63,976 nt of DNA from an uncultured Chlorobiaceae bacterium. GTDB taxonomy: Bacteria; Bacteroidota; Ignavibacteria; UBA10030; SZUA-254. The notes under the pieces are model-generated. The model saw only the letters and a list, made by a program, of their open reading frames with translations, was not told the DNA's origin and made no database searches. Both the position numbers and the translations under genes were made by a program. Positions 19,193-29,559 of the stretch are shown one piece after another; position 1 is the first letter of the stretch; every line of letters starts with the position of its first letter. The DNA lies in contig CAYYIJ010000003.1 of assembly GCA_964471945.1 (NCBI GenBank), positions 1 through 63,976 of the forward strand, written 5' to 3'.

Positions 19193-19634
19193 AGATTCCA
19201 TAGAATCGATTAACGAATTTCGGACTGAATTAACGATATTCATTAAAAATAATGATATCGTAAAGGTGTGCAAATTTCTCCACGATGACGAAGAGTTGCG
19301 ATTTGATTCATTACGGGATGTTTGTGGAGTCGATCAAAATAGAATGGGAGATCGATACGAAGTTATTTATAATCTTTTTTCTCTCCGAAACAAATTCCGT
19401 CTTCGACTTAAAGTCCGTATTGACGAAAATAATCCACATATTCCAACTGTTACATGCATTTGGCCCGCTGCAAATTATTCAGAGCGAGAAGCATACGATA
19501 TGTTTGGAATAATATTCGAAGGTCATCCTGACTTACGGCGGATTTATATGCCCGAGGAATTTGAATATCATCCGTTGCGGAAAGATTTCCCGCTTACGGG
19601 TCTCCCCGGCTCTCTTCCATTACCTCGCAAATAA
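19152..19634 (+). CDS. nuoC: NADH-quinone oxidoreductase subunit C
   Basis: 30-kDa subunit motif [25 protein letters not shown]. Start ATG 19152 gives a 41-nt overlap with nuoB, so the start is uncertain. Confidence 0.85.
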   Translation: MKEKLLEKLKLHFKDSIESINEFRTELTIFIKNNDIVKVCKFLHDDEELRFDSLRDVCGVDQNRMGDRYEVIYNLFSLRNKFRLRLKVRIDENNPHIPTVTCIWPAANYSEREAYDMFGIIFEGHPDLRRIYMPEEFEYHPLRKDFPLTGLPGSLPLPRK

Positions 19635-19646
19635 AAATCTATCCAA

Positions 19647-20903
19647 ATGGCATTAGATACTACACAGCAAGAAGCACGGCAAAGAATTCTCAAAGCATTA
19701 GAAGATCAACAAACAACCGTTACGTTTGATGATCCACTCGAGAATGATATGATATTGAATATGGGCCCGCAGCATCCGGCAACTCATGGTGTGCTTCGAT
19801 TACTTATTCGATTAGATGGGGAAACAATCGTTGCGGCAGTCCCCGACCTCGGTTACTTGCATCGTGGATATGAGAAGCTCGCAGAGAACATGAACTATCA
19901 TGAGTTCATTCCTCATACCGACCGGCTTGATTATCTTTCACCATTAGCTAATAATGTTGCATACGTTCTTGCCGTAGAGAAATTAGCTGGAATTGAAGTA
20001 CCACCAAGAGCACAATACATCCGTGTGATTTGTGCAGAGCTTGCGCGGCTCGCATCACACCTTGTCTGGCTTGGTACGATGGCGATGGACGTTGGCGCTG
20101 TAACGGTTTTGTTGTGGGGTTTCCGCGAGCGTGAGAAAATTCAGGATATCTGGGATATCTTGACAGGAGTCCGATTCACGACCAGTTTCACTAGGATCGG
20201 GGGATTGGCGAATGATATGTCGGCAGAAGTAATCTCAGCGATAAAAATATTTCTCGATGAGCTTCCTGCTTCTCTTGATGAGTGTGAGAACGTTCTTGTT
20301 CGAAATCGGATTTTTATCGATCGCTGTGAAGGAATCGGATATGTTTCGAAAGAAGATGCAATTGCAATGGGTTTAACAGGTCCGCTACTTCGCGCTTCAG
20401 GGGTTGATCATGATCTCCGCCGAGATGAACCATATCTTGTTTATGATCGCCTGGATTTTCATGTACCGGTTTATAACGATGGAGATGTTCTGGCTCGTTT
20501 TTATGTCCGCATGACCGAATTGCGAGAAAGTATAAAAATTATCCGTCAAGCATTAGAGAAACTGCCTGAAGGAAAAATTAAATCGCAAGAACCTAAAAAA
20601 GTTCTTCCACAAAAAGAAAAAGTATATGGAAAAATGGAAGAAATGATACATGACTTTATGTTAATTAATTTTGGTATTAATCCGCCAGCCGGCGAAGTAT
20701 ACCAAGCAATTGAGGCGTCGAAGGGTGAGCTTGGTTTTTATATCCAAAGTCGTGGTGAAGGATATCCATGGCGGCTTAAAATTCGATCTCCATCATTCAT
20801 AAATATCCAATCCCTACCGATGATGTTGCGGGGTGGGCTAATTTCCGATGTAGTCGCGGTAATTGGAAGCTTGGACCCTGTTATGGGTGAAGCAGATAAA
20901 TGA
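19647..20903 (+). CDS. nuoD: NADH-quinone oxidoreductase subunit D
   Basis: 49-kDa subunit, NMGPQHPATHGVLR motif. Confidence 0.95.
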   Translation: MALDTTQQEARQRILKALEDQQTTVTFDDPLENDMILNMGPQHPATHGVLRLLIRLDGETIVAAVPDLGYLHRGYEKLAENMNYHEFIPHTDRLDYLSPLANNVAYVLAVEKLAGIEVPPRAQYIRVICAELARLASHLVWLGTMAMDVGAVTVLLWGFREREKIQDIWDILTGVRFTTSFTRIGGLANDMSAEVISAIKIFLDELPASLDECENVLVRNRIFIDRCEGIGYVSKEDAIAMGLTGPLLRASGVDHDLRRDEPYLVYDRLDFHVPVYNDGDVLARFYVRMTELRESIKIIRQALEKLPEGKIKSQEPKKVLPQKEKVYGKMEEMIHDFMLINFGINPPAGEVYQAIEASKGELGFYIQSRGEGYPWRLKIRSPSFINIQSLPMMLRGGLISDVVAVIGSLDPVMGEADK

Positions 20904-20928
20904 AAAATTAAAAAATTATTTATTACGA

Positions 20929-21393
20929 ATGTTGACACAAGAAAATCTTAAAAATATTGAAGTACTGAAGAAGCAATTTCCGGATACGAAATCGTTGACG
21001 ATACCGGCACTTCACATTGCACAGAGCCAATACGGTTGGATATCGGAAGAAACGATGAAGGAAGTTGCTCAAGTACTTAACCTACCGGTTAATCACGTTA
21101 TCGGTGTAGCAACATTCTATACAATGTTCAATAAAAAGCCGATTGGGAAATATCACATTCAGGTATGTACCAATGTTTCGTGTCAATTATTAGGGGCAGA
21201 AAAGTTAACAAAATATATTTGCAAGAAGCTAAACATAAAAGTCGGAGAAACCACAGCTGATAATAGATTCACTCTCTCAGAAGTAGAGTGCCTTGGCTCA
21301 TGCGGTACTGCACCAATGATGCAGATAAACGATACCTATCATGAGAATCTGACTATTGAAAAAATTGACACGCTTCTTCAGGAATTAAAATAG
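20929..21393 (+). CDS. nuoE: NADH-quinone oxidoreductase subunit E
   Basis: Thioredoxin-like 2Fe-2S cysteines (CTNVSC...CLGSCGTAP). Start set at ATG 20929. Confidence 0.9.
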   Translation: MLTQENLKNIEVLKKQFPDTKSLTIPALHIAQSQYGWISEETMKEVAQVLNLPVNHVIGVATFYTMFNKKPIGKYHIQVCTNVSCQLLGAEKLTKYICKKLNIKVGETTADNRFTLSEVECLGSCGTAPMMQINDTYHENLTIEKIDTLLQELK

Positions 21394-21395
21394 TC

Positions 21396-22700
21396 ATGCC
21401 CGAATTCACAGAAAAATTACTTCTTCCTAATATACCGAACCTCCACCGTATCGATATATATGAACAGCATAATGGATATCAAGCACTCCGCAAAGTTTTA
21501 GGGACGACACCAGATGCAGTGATTGACGAAGTGAAGAAGTCGAATCTCAAGGGGCGTGGTGGTGCCTGTTTCCCAACGGGGCTGAAATGGTCATTTATGC
21601 CCAAACAATCTTCAAAACCGAAATACCTTTGTGCAAACGGTGATGAGGGAGAACCCGGGACGTATAAAGACAGACAGATATTTGAGTTCAATCCTCATCT
21701 CTTCATCGAGGGATCTCTCATCGCAGCATATGCAATGGGAGTGCAGGTAATTTATGTTTACATTCGCGGCGAATACATCAAATGGATCAATCTTCTTCAG
21801 AAAGCTATAGATGATGCTTATTCAAAAAATTATATCGGGAAGAATATATTAGGTACAAGTTTTAACACCGAGATGTATATTTTTCGCGGTGCAGGTGCGT
21901 ACATCTGTGGTGAAGAGTCATCGTTGATGAATTCCATTGAAGGAGATCGTGGCTATCCTCGTGTAAAGCCGCCGTTCCCTGCACAAAATGGTTTATGGGG
22001 TTGTCCGACTACTATCAATAATATCGAGACGTTGTCTAATGTTCCGCTTATCATTAATCGCGGTGCTGAGTGGTATTCGAAAATCGGAGAGCCAAAGCAT
22101 CCAGGAACATTGTTATTCGGTGTTAGCGGACATGTGAACAAACCCGGAGTTTATGAGCTTCCAACGGGTACACTACTTTCTGAAATTATTTATAAATATG
22201 CAGGCGGTATTCCTGAAAATAAAAAGATTAAAGCTGTTATTCCTGGTGGTTCATCAACAAAATGGATTCGAGGCGAAGAGGTCGAGGGTGTGCGGATGGA
22301 CTCAGAATCGCTAAAAGATTACGATACATCTATCGGCACGGGAGGAATTATTGTTATGGATGAAGACACCGATGTTTTAAAAGTGCTTGCCCGTTTAATT
22401 CATTTCTATCATCATGAATCGTGCGGACAATGCACACCGTGCCGCGAGGGGTGTGGGTGGATGGAAAAAATAATCAAGCGTTTTATGGATGGTAAAGGAA
22501 CACTTGAAGACATCGATTTGCTCTTAAGTGTTGCAAACAATATCGAAGGTAATACTGTCTGTGCCCTTGGAGATGCTGCTGCTTGGCCTGTGCAAAGTGT
22601 CATAAAAATATTTAGGGAGGAATTTGAAAAATGGATTAATAAAACTTATCAAGAAAAAAAATACATCCCTCCGCCTCATCTAGTTACAGTTCAGCGTTAA
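21396..22700 (+). CDS. nuoF: NADH-quinone oxidoreductase subunit F
   Basis: GRGGACFPTG FMN/NADH site and ESCGQCTPCREG 4Fe-4S motif. Confidence 0.95.
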   Translation: MPEFTEKLLLPNIPNLHRIDIYEQHNGYQALRKVLGTTPDAVIDEVKKSNLKGRGGACFPTGLKWSFMPKQSSKPKYLCANGDEGEPGTYKDRQIFEFNPHLFIEGSLIAAYAMGVQVIYVYIRGEYIKWINLLQKAIDDAYSKNYIGKNILGTSFNTEMYIFRGAGAYICGEESSLMNSIEGDRGYPRVKPPFPAQNGLWGCPTTINNIETLSNVPLIINRGAEWYSKIGEPKHPGTLLFGVSGHVNKPGVYELPTGTLLSEIIYKYAGGIPENKKIKAVIPGGSSTKWIRGEEVEGVRMDSESLKDYDTSIGTGGIIVMDEDTDVLKVLARLIHFYHHESCGQCTPCREGCGWMEKIIKRFMDGKGTLEDIDLLLSVANNIEGNTVCALGDAAAWPVQSVIKIFREEFEKWINKTYQEKKYIPPPHLVTVQR

Positions 22701-23110
22701 TTATTTTGTGCGCCTTCTCTGATCCATGTTCTGATTCCTTTTATTTGATTCTCATTTAATGGTGGACGATTCAAAGGCATTCGTTGCGCACCTGGGAGGC
22801 GACCCTCAATTGCCCAAACAAGCCGACTATTGTCTGGATTACCCGGAATGATGATCCCAATTTTTGTGAGGGCATCGTGCCAAGTTTCTAAGCTTAAATC
22901 TGCTGCAGGTTCATCGCTTGCATGGCAGCCGCCTGGTATTGCACAACCTACATGAAAAAGGAGTTGAACGTGATTATAATAACTTACATTGGAATCGGGA
23001 AATACAATTTTATTTATATCATCTCCAGCGAGTTCATCTTTGCAATTCCATGATCCCCATATTATTATTATGATCCATGCAATTTTCAAGAACCGAATTG
23101 TTATTAACAT
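22697..23110 (-). CDS. small secreted/lipoprotein-like protein with PSCyt1-like (planctomycete cytochrome c-like) domain
   Basis: N-terminal hydrophobic segment ending in Cys (GSWNC). GCAIPGGCH, then PGNPDNSRLVWAIEG...MP...LNENQIKGIRTWIREGA, as in PSCyt1-type domains. Confidence 0.5.
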   Translation of the reverse strand: MLITIRFLKIAWIIIIIWGSWNCKDELAGDDINKIVFPDSNVSYYNHVQLLFHVGCAIPGGCHASDEPAADLSLETWHDALTKIGIIIPGNPDNSRLVWAIEGRLPGAQRMPLNRPPLNENQIKGIRTWIREGAQNN

Positions 23111-23250
23111 CGTTAGCTAATTTCGTTTGGTGGTATCAAATTTTATTAATGAAATGTAATTAAAATATGCATCACCATCAAATTAGTTTTAAGATTATTA
23201 GATTTCCGGTGATGATTTTTTGTTAAGACAAATTTTCTTATATTCATCTC

Positions 23251-24048
23251 ATGCAACAGAACATAATTAATATTCTCTTTATCGGTGATATTATCGGCAA
23301 ACCTGGGCTGGAACTTACCGAAACACTTATCAAGAATTACCTTCAAAAATATAAAATCGATCTCTGCATAGCCAACGGTGAAAATCTCACTGATGGTAAA
23401 GGTATCGACGAAAAAACAGCCGAGAGGGTTTTCAATTTGGGTGTTCATGTGATAACCGGTGGTAATCATCTTTGGGATAATTGGCACGCTCGGAAATTAT
23501 TAGCAGCAAATCGAAATGTCCTGAGGCCGCTGAATTATCCTTCGGAAAATCCTGGAAATGGTTTCGTTGTGTATGATTTAGGAAATAAAGGGAAGGTCGG
23601 TGTCCTTAATTTGCAGGGGCGCGTTTATATGCAGCCGATTGATTGTCCATTCAAAAGAGCAGTTTGGGCAGTATCAAAGATCAAGGAACATACAAAAGTA
23701 ATTATAGTCGATTTTCATGCAGAGGCATCGGCAGAAAAAATGGCATTAGGTTGGTATCTCGATGGTCAGGTATCGGCACTGATTGGTACGCATACCCATG
23801 TTCAAACTGCAGATGCAAGGATTCTTCCGCAAGGTACTGCATATATTACAGATGTCGGGATGACAGGACCCTATGATTCAATTATTGGAATGAAGAAAGA
23901 GATCGCATTAAAAAGATTTCTATTGCAAACTACATTTAAATACGAAGTTGCTTCCCATGATGTAAGGATGTGTGGTGTGTTTGTCCAGGTTGATATAGAG
24001 GTAGGAAAAGCATTGAAGTTTGAGAGATTTTGTTTCCCGGAATTTTGA
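23251..24048 (+). CDS. YmdB-like metallophosphoesterase (TIGR00282 family)
   Basis: ILFIGDIIGKPG, ANGEN, GGNHLWD and GTHTHVQTAD motifs. Confidence 0.85.
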   Translation: MQQNIINILFIGDIIGKPGLELTETLIKNYLQKYKIDLCIANGENLTDGKGIDEKTAERVFNLGVHVITGGNHLWDNWHARKLLAANRNVLRPLNYPSENPGNGFVVYDLGNKGKVGVLNLQGRVYMQPIDCPFKRAVWAVSKIKEHTKVIIVDFHAEASAEKMALGWYLDGQVSALIGTHTHVQTADARILPQGTAYITDVGMTGPYDSIIGMKKEIALKRFLLQTTFKYEVASHDVRMCGVFVQVDIEVGKALKFERFCFPEF

Positions 24049-24076
24049 AGAGATTGAAACATTGAATAATTGATTT

Positions 24077-24958
24077 GTGTCAGCAACTATCATAGACGGC
24101 AAGAAAATAGCTGAAGATATTAAGCGCGAAATCAAGCTTGAGACCGAGAAGCTTAAAACCAATCACGGTATAATTCCCGGTTTAGCTTTTATTCTTGTAG
24201 GTGAGAATCCTGCTTCACAATCGTATGTCAAAATGAAAGGGAAGGGATGCGAGGAAATGGGATTTTATTCAATCACCGAAAAACTACCGGCTGATATTTC
24301 TGAAGAAAAAGTTCTCCAATTTATCAATCAACTCAATAGCGATCCCAAAATCCATGGCATACTCGTCCAACTACCATTACCCAAACATATCGATGAACAA
24401 AAAGTAATTGCAGCGATAGATTATAAAAAAGATGTCGATGGATTCCATCCGATCAACATTGGTAGATTAGTAATTGGTTTGCCATGTCTGAAACCGTGTA
24501 CACCTGCTGGAATACAGGAACTTCTCATCCGCAGCGGAAATGATCCATCCGGAAAACATGTTGTTGTACTTGGTAGGAGTAACATTGTAGGAAAACCTGT
24601 AATGAACATTTTGCTACAAAAACAAAAAGGTGCAAATGCAGTTGTAACGATTGCACATACGGGAGCAAAGAATATTTCCTACTATTCGAAGCAAGCCGAT
24701 GTTTTAATAGCCGCTATGGGAAAACCTGAATGTATCACCGGTGATATGATTAAACCGGGTGCAGTCGTTATTGATGTTGGAATAAATCGTGTAGAAGATT
24801 CAACAGCTAAGAATGGTTATCGGATTGTTGGAGATATTCACTTTGAATCAGCATCGAAAGTTGCAGGTGCAATCACTCCTGTTCCGGGTGGAGTGGGACC
24901 GATGACGATTGCCATGGTTTTGAAAAATACATTGCTCGCTGCACAGCAAAGCAAGTAA
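24077..24958 (+). CDS. folD: bifunctional methylenetetrahydrofolate dehydrogenase/cyclohydrolase
   Basis: IIDGKKIA N-terminus (GTG start), VQLPLP and PGGVGPMT motifs. Confidence 0.95.
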   Translation: MSATIIDGKKIAEDIKREIKLETEKLKTNHGIIPGLAFILVGENPASQSYVKMKGKGCEEMGFYSITEKLPADISEEKVLQFINQLNSDPKIHGILVQLPLPKHIDEQKVIAAIDYKKDVDGFHPINIGRLVIGLPCLKPCTPAGIQELLIRSGNDPSGKHVVVLGRSNIVGKPVMNILLQKQKGANAVVTIAHTGAKNISYYSKQADVLIAAMGKPECITGDMIKPGAVVIDVGINRVEDSTAKNGYRIVGDIHFESASKVAGAITPVPGGVGPMTIAMVLKNTLLAAQQSK

Positions 24959-25026
24959 CGTTATGCTTGTCTAATTCGCTTCTCTGTATTATAACCTTTC
25001 TCGCCTAATGGCTGTAATTTTTCAAT

Positions 25027-25329
25027 TCATAATTCTTCGAGTAAAATCAACTCATCACTCAAGTTAAAGGTTGGATCATCTTTAACTTTCACAATTTCTA
25101 AAATTTCAAAAACAAATTTATCGGCACCGTATTCATTCCATTCTTTTTGAAGCTGTTCGTTGCGATGTCTTCCAATAGTGAGCATAAACTTATGACTGTT
25201 CAACGGACCTTCGAGGTTCAAACTGCTTCCAAGAAGTATCTTGCCATTAGCGGTGTTCTTTACCATGAAGACACCGGCTGGTTTCTTGCGTTCTTTAAAT
25301 TCTCTTTTGATTTCCTGTATTGATTTCAT
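25027..25329 (-). CDS. GIY-YIG domain protein (100 aa)
   Basis: AGVFMVKNTANGKILLGSSLNL...H...RHRNEQLQKEWNEYGADKFVFEILE fits the short stand-alone GIY-YIG family pattern. Confidence 0.65.
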   Translation of the reverse strand: MKSIQEIKREFKERKKPAGVFMVKNTANGKILLGSSLNLEGPLNSHKFMLTIGRHRNEQLQKEWNEYGADKFVFEILEIVKVKDDPTFNLSDELILLEEL

Positions 25330-25398
25330 TATCGTTGTCTTAAAGAAAGCGTGTAAATGTATGAAATGGAATTTTATTTAAAGTGCTTTCTATAATTT

Positions 25399-25872
25399 CT
25401 ACGGAAGTTGTTGCATTTTAGCTGATTCGTTGGTTCCCACTATCTTGTTCATTTGAATCGCACGGACGAGCGTATCGGGTTCATCTGTGCTAATGCGAAA
25501 CTTCTTACCGTTGGTGAGAGTTAGTTCCACTGCACGAAGGCCCGATATATTCCACAGCATATATCGTCCAGGTATCCAGCGAATTCCTCATCCTGCAAGC
25601 CAGGAATTGGTTACAGGTCGAGCATCGATTACATCCGATAGCTTGATCTGTTTTCGGATGAGTCCGGGTCCGAAACTGCATACCACATTGCCATTGTTGA
25701 TTTCCACTGTGAGTGATGCGAAGAGAAACAATGTGAGAAGTAGTAAGATACCAACCCCTACTTCGATGGGATGTATCGATCCACTTATCATGAAATTAAC
25801 AAGAATAACCGCTATTACAATTCCCACAGCAAAGATTATTATAGTGCCATATTGTCTGTGCCTAAGGTCCAT
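25399..25872 (-). pseudogene. small 2-TM membrane protein with PH-like C-terminal domain, interrupted by an in-frame TGA (25588-25590)
   Basis: The ORF track ends the 94-aa ORF at TGA 25588-25590. The same frame stays open for 62 more codons to TAG 25399-25401 and reads ...NSWLAG*GIRWIPGRYMLWNISGLRAVELTLTNGKKFRISTDEPDTLVRAI. Confidence 0.55.
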
Positions 25873-26019
25873 TAGTTATTTCTTGTAGCTTACCTGCCTC
25901 GAAATACTTTTATTAATAATTCTTTCCTTGTATCCAATTTAATAAAACTCTGTTCTAACGTCAAATTTATATATCAGAGGTTGCAAGTGCCATCATACCA
26001 GCATAATAATAATTTATTT

Positions 26020-26703
26020 TTAATGTGGTGAATTAATATTCGTTTCATCGGCATGATGTTTTACAACCTTTGCTTGAGTAATGAAGATTACCTCTTCTGC
26101 AATGTTTGTAGCGAGATCGGCTATACGCTCTAAATTTCTACTAATACGTATTAGATCCAATCCTCCGTCTATTGAATTCTTATCGCTTTTCATTAGTTGG
26201 ATAACTTCTATAGCCATTTTCCTATTCAGTTCATCAATTATATCGTCTTGCTCGAGTACAGTTTTTCCGAGTTTTGGGTCTTGATGGATAAAACCATCCA
26301 GAGCGTTTCGAAGCATCAACTGGACAATCTCAACCATTTTTGGAATTTCGAGTAAAGGTTCGACGAATCTAGTATTAATCAGCACAATTGCAGATTCAGC
26401 GATATTAACTGCGTGGTCACCGATTCTTTCAAGGTCATTATTTATTTTCTGAGCTGCAAGTATAAACCGTAAATCGACCGCTACTGGCTGATGAAGAGCC
26501 ATAATGTCGAAAATTGAATTATCAATCTCAATTTCCAATGAATTAATCCTGTTCTCGTTGTTGATAACTTTTCGTGCAAGTGCAATATCATTATCCATTA
26601 GGGATTTTATTGCAAGTCTCACTGCTTCCTCTGCATGGCTTCCCATCTTAATGAGACTTGTTTTTAAACTTTCTAATTCGTTTTCAAAATGTCGCTTCAT
26701 CAT
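26020..26703 (-). CDS. phoU: phosphate signalling complex protein PhoU
   Basis: Two PhoU repeats (DLERIGDHAVNIAE and NLERIADLATNIAE), downstream of pstB. Confidence 0.9.
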   Translation of the reverse strand: MMKRHFENELESLKTSLIKMGSHAEEAVRLAIKSLMDNDIALARKVINNENRINSLEIEIDNSIFDIMALHQPVAVDLRFILAAQKINNDLERIGDHAVNIAESAIVLINTRFVEPLLEIPKMVEIVQLMLRNALDGFIHQDPKLGKTVLEQDDIIDELNRKMAIEVIQLMKSDKNSIDGGLDLIRISRNLERIADLATNIAEEVIFITQAKVVKHHADETNINSPH

Positions 26704-26712
26704 CGATAATTC

Positions 26713-27474
26713 CTATCCAAATCTTCCGGTGATATATTCTTCTGTTTGTTTCTGTTTCGGTGTTGTAAAGATTTTTTTTGTTTCATCGTATTCTATTATT
26801 TCACCTAGATAGAAAAAAGCAGTGTAATCGCTCACGCGTGCTGCCTGCTGCATGTTGTGTGTGACGATCACAATTGTATAATTCTTTTTTAATTCATGAA
26901 TAAGCTCTTCAATTTTTGCCGTCGCAAGGGGATCGAGTGCGCTTGCTGGCTCATCCATAAGGAGCACTTCGGGATTTACTGCTAATGCTCGTGCAATGCA
27001 CAATCGCTGTTGTTGTCCGCCGGATAGTGCCAATCCACTCTTTTTTAAATCATCATTCACTTCTTCCCAAAGGGCGGCACGATGAAGACTATGCTCAACT
27101 ATCTCATCTAGTACCTTTTTATCGTGTATACCGTTTATTCGCGGACCATAAGCGATGTTGTCGTAAATTGATTTCGGAAATGGATTCGACTTTTGAAAGA
27201 TCATCCCAACCTTTTTCCGCAACTCAACCACGTCAACTCCATTGTGGTAAATATCTGTCCCATCAATAAAAACAGATCCAGCGATACGGACATTATCGAT
27301 TAGATCGTTCATCCTATTCAATGAGCGGAGAAACGTTGATTTTCCGCAACCTGACGGACCAATCAGTGCGGTTACTCTGTGTGCAGGAATATCTAAAAAA
27401 ACATTCCTTAACGCCTGTTTTGTTCCATAGGACAGGTTGAGATTTTGGGTTTGTATTTTAATATTTGTAGTCAT
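26713..27474 (-). CDS. pstB: phosphate ABC transporter ATP-binding protein
   Basis: Walker [10 protein letters not shown], signature LSGGQQQRL, Walker B LLMDEP. Confidence 0.95.
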   Translation of the reverse strand: MTTNIKIQTQNLNLSYGTKQALRNVFLDIPAHRVTALIGPSGCGKSTFLRSLNRMNDLIDNVRIAGSVFIDGTDIYHNGVDVVELRKKVGMIFQKSNPFPKSIYDNIAYGPRINGIHDKKVLDEIVEHSLHRAALWEEVNDDLKKSGLALSGGQQQRLCIARALAVNPEVLLMDEPASALDPLATAKIEELIHELKKNYTIVIVTHNMQQAARVSDYTAFFYLGEIIEYDETKKIFTTPKQKQTEEYITGRFG

Positions 27475-27481
27475 GAATCTG

Positions 27482-28378
27482 TTATCTCATTTTCGCCCGC
27501 AGCCGAGACCGTAAAAAGATGGCAGAAAAGTTCAACATTAATGTCAGCGCTAATAGTACAAACGCTGTTGCATACTGAATACCGATTGTCGCTTCAACGT
27601 CTGTCGATTGTGTTGACATTACATAGAGATGGTACCCAAGCTGCATGAATTGATCCGATAGCGACGATGGAAGATGATGTAAATAGTAAGCGACGCCAGT
27701 AAAAAGAATTGGAGCGACTTCTCCAGCACCGCGTCCGACTGCTAAAATTGTTCCCGTTAGGATACCGGAATACGCATTGGGTAATACAATTTTTACAATG
27801 GTTTGAAATTTCGTTGCGCCAAGTGCAAGACTTCCCTCACGCAAATCCATCGGTACGGCACGCAGCGCTTCTTCGGTTGAAACAATTACAACGGGTAGAG
27901 TGAGAAGTGCCATCGTTAAGCTCGCCCAAAGAATATTTGGCTGTCCCCAGTGTAAGTCTGCATTTCCGGATAAAAATTTATCCATTCCACCGCCAACAAA
28001 TTGCACGAAGAATCCTAAACCGAATAGGCCAAATACAATCGAAGGCACACCGGCAAGCGTATTTACTGCAAAACGAATTAATTTTGTGAAGATTGAATTA
28101 CGATTTGCATATTCGCTCAGATATATTGCGGTAATTGTTCCAACAGGAGCACCTGCAATCGACATCAGTAATACAAGAAACACCGTTCCGATGATTGCAG
28201 GAAAGATACCGCCCGACGTCATTCCTTCGGATGGTGCGGTTGTCAAAAATTCCCATGTGATATTTTTCCAGCCGCCGTGTGCGATTTCGAAAATCAAATA
28301 GGCGATCACACAAAGTATCAAAAATGAAGATACGATTGTTGAAGCGATGAAAATACTGCCGAATAATTTTTTCTTCAT
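27482..28378 (-). CDS. pstA: phosphate ABC transporter permease PstA
   Basis: Multi-[18 protein letters not shown]-type loop. Confidence 0.9.
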   Translation of the reverse strand: MKKKLFGSIFIASTIVSSFLILCVIAYLIFEIAHGGWKNITWEFLTTAPSEGMTSGGIFPAIIGTVFLVLLMSIAGAPVGTITAIYLSEYANRNSIFTKLIRFAVNTLAGVPSIVFGLFGLGFFVQFVGGGMDKFLSGNADLHWGQPNILWASLTMALLTLPVVIVSTEEALRAVPMDLREGSLALGATKFQTIVKIVLPNAYSGILTGTILAVGRGAGEVAPILFTGVAYYLHHLPSSLSDQFMQLGYHLYVMSTQSTDVEATIGIQYATAFVLLALTLMLNFSAIFLRSRLRAKMR

Positions 28379-29502
28379 GCCGCACCCTGGAATCGTTTCT
28401 GTAATCGGTTTCTCACATAGAACTCAGCCACAGCATTCAATATGAATGTAAAGATGAAAAGAATCGAACCGATAAAAAACAGAACGTTGTAATGCGTATC
28501 GCCGAAAACAACTTCTGCCATTTCGGCGCCGATGGTTGCCGACATGGTGCGGATCGGCTCGAAAAAGTCCATTGACATCAATGCCGCATTACCGGTTGCC
28601 ATCAACACAATCATGGTCTCGCCGAAGGCACGTCCGATACCAAGAAGAAGTGCCGCGAATACGCCCGGTGTTGCCGCAGGTAAAACAACGAAGAGAGCTG
28701 TCTGCCACTTAGTTGCTCCAAGCGCAAGACTTGCCTCTGTCATGTACTTTGGAACCGATGATAGAGCGTCTTCTGTAATGCTGTACACTATCGGAATAAC
28801 TGTAAGCGATAGCGCAATTCCTCCGACGAATGCATTGAGGCGGTACTGATATCCGAACAGATGCTGGAAGAAACTTGCTAATGTAACGAGTGCAAAAAAT
28901 CCGATGACGACGGATGGGAAACCAGAAAGAAATTCTATTGTAGGTTTCAGGATTTCACGCAACCGTATTGGTGCGAAGAAGACAGTGAAGAGCGCCGCCA
29001 ATATAGCGATTGGCGCACCAACCACAACTGCAATAAATGTTACTTTGAAACTTCCAATAATCAATGGCATTATTCCATACTTCGGATTTTCAGAAACGGG
29101 ATGCCACTCTTTGCCGAGCAAATTTTTAACCGTTACCACGCTTTCGGATCCGGATGATTCTACGGATTTGTTTTTTTGTTCAGTAGCTGTCTCGTTTGTT
29201 ACAAATGATTCTTCACCGTAAGTTTCTTGAACTAATTCGCTGTGATCGGTAGAAGTCTGTTTCGTAGGTGAAAATATCGGCGCGGCTTCACGGAATACAA
29301 AAATAAAAATGAGAACGATGACGGCAAAGGAAATAAACGAAACACCTTTAATGATTGATTCTGCCAGCCATTCACCCAACCTGAACTTACCTCGTCTTAA
29401 ACCTGTCGGTGATAATTTTCCTTTCGGGTTTATTTGATGCTGAGTCGACGGTTTCGGCTGTGAAGGTAAAACTGATTTTACTTGTTCGGGCTGGATATTC
29501 AT
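28375..29502 (-). CDS. pstC: phosphate ABC transporter permease PstC (long N-terminal extension)
   Basis: [13 protein letters not shown] loop. 4-nt overlap with pstA. Confidence 0.9.
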   Translation of the reverse strand: MNIQPEQVKSVLPSQPKPSTQHQINPKGKLSPTGLRRGKFRLGEWLAESIIKGVSFISFAVIVLIFIFVFREAAPIFSPTKQTSTDHSELVQETYGEESFVTNETATEQKNKSVESSGSESVVTVKNLLGKEWHPVSENPKYGIMPLIIGSFKVTFIAVVVGAPIAILAALFTVFFAPIRLREILKPTIEFLSGFPSVVIGFFALVTLASFFQHLFGYQYRLNAFVGGIALSLTVIPIVYSITEDALSSVPKYMTEASLALGATKWQTALFVVLPAATPGVFAALLLGIGRAFGETMIVLMATGNAALMSMDFFEPIRTMSATIGAEMAEVVFGDTHYNVLFFIGSILFIFTFILNAVAEFYVRNRLQKRFQGAA

Positions 29503-29559
29503 TATTATAGAATTTAATCTAAGCTAAGATAAGAATCTCAGATTAAGCTAAGGTAACTT

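Noticed and set aside
23146-23487. 113-aa minus-strand ORF overlapping the start of the YmdB-like metallophosphoesterase gene.
   Set aside because: It overlaps a motif-rich gene on the opposite strand and has no recognisable features.
25588-25590. The in-frame TGA as evidence of a TGA-to-Trp or selenocysteine genetic code.
   Set aside because: TGA terminates several unambiguous genes in this window (nuoD, smc, phoB, the MvaI/BcnI-like gene). I saw no convincing SECIS-like hairpin directly downstream. A point mutation or a sequencing error is the simpler explanation.
25487-25888. 133-aa plus-strand ORF overlapping the small membrane-protein gene.
   Set aside because: It is antisense to the more plausible 2-TM/PH-like gene. 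The translation is Ser/Pro/Arg-rich with no motif.
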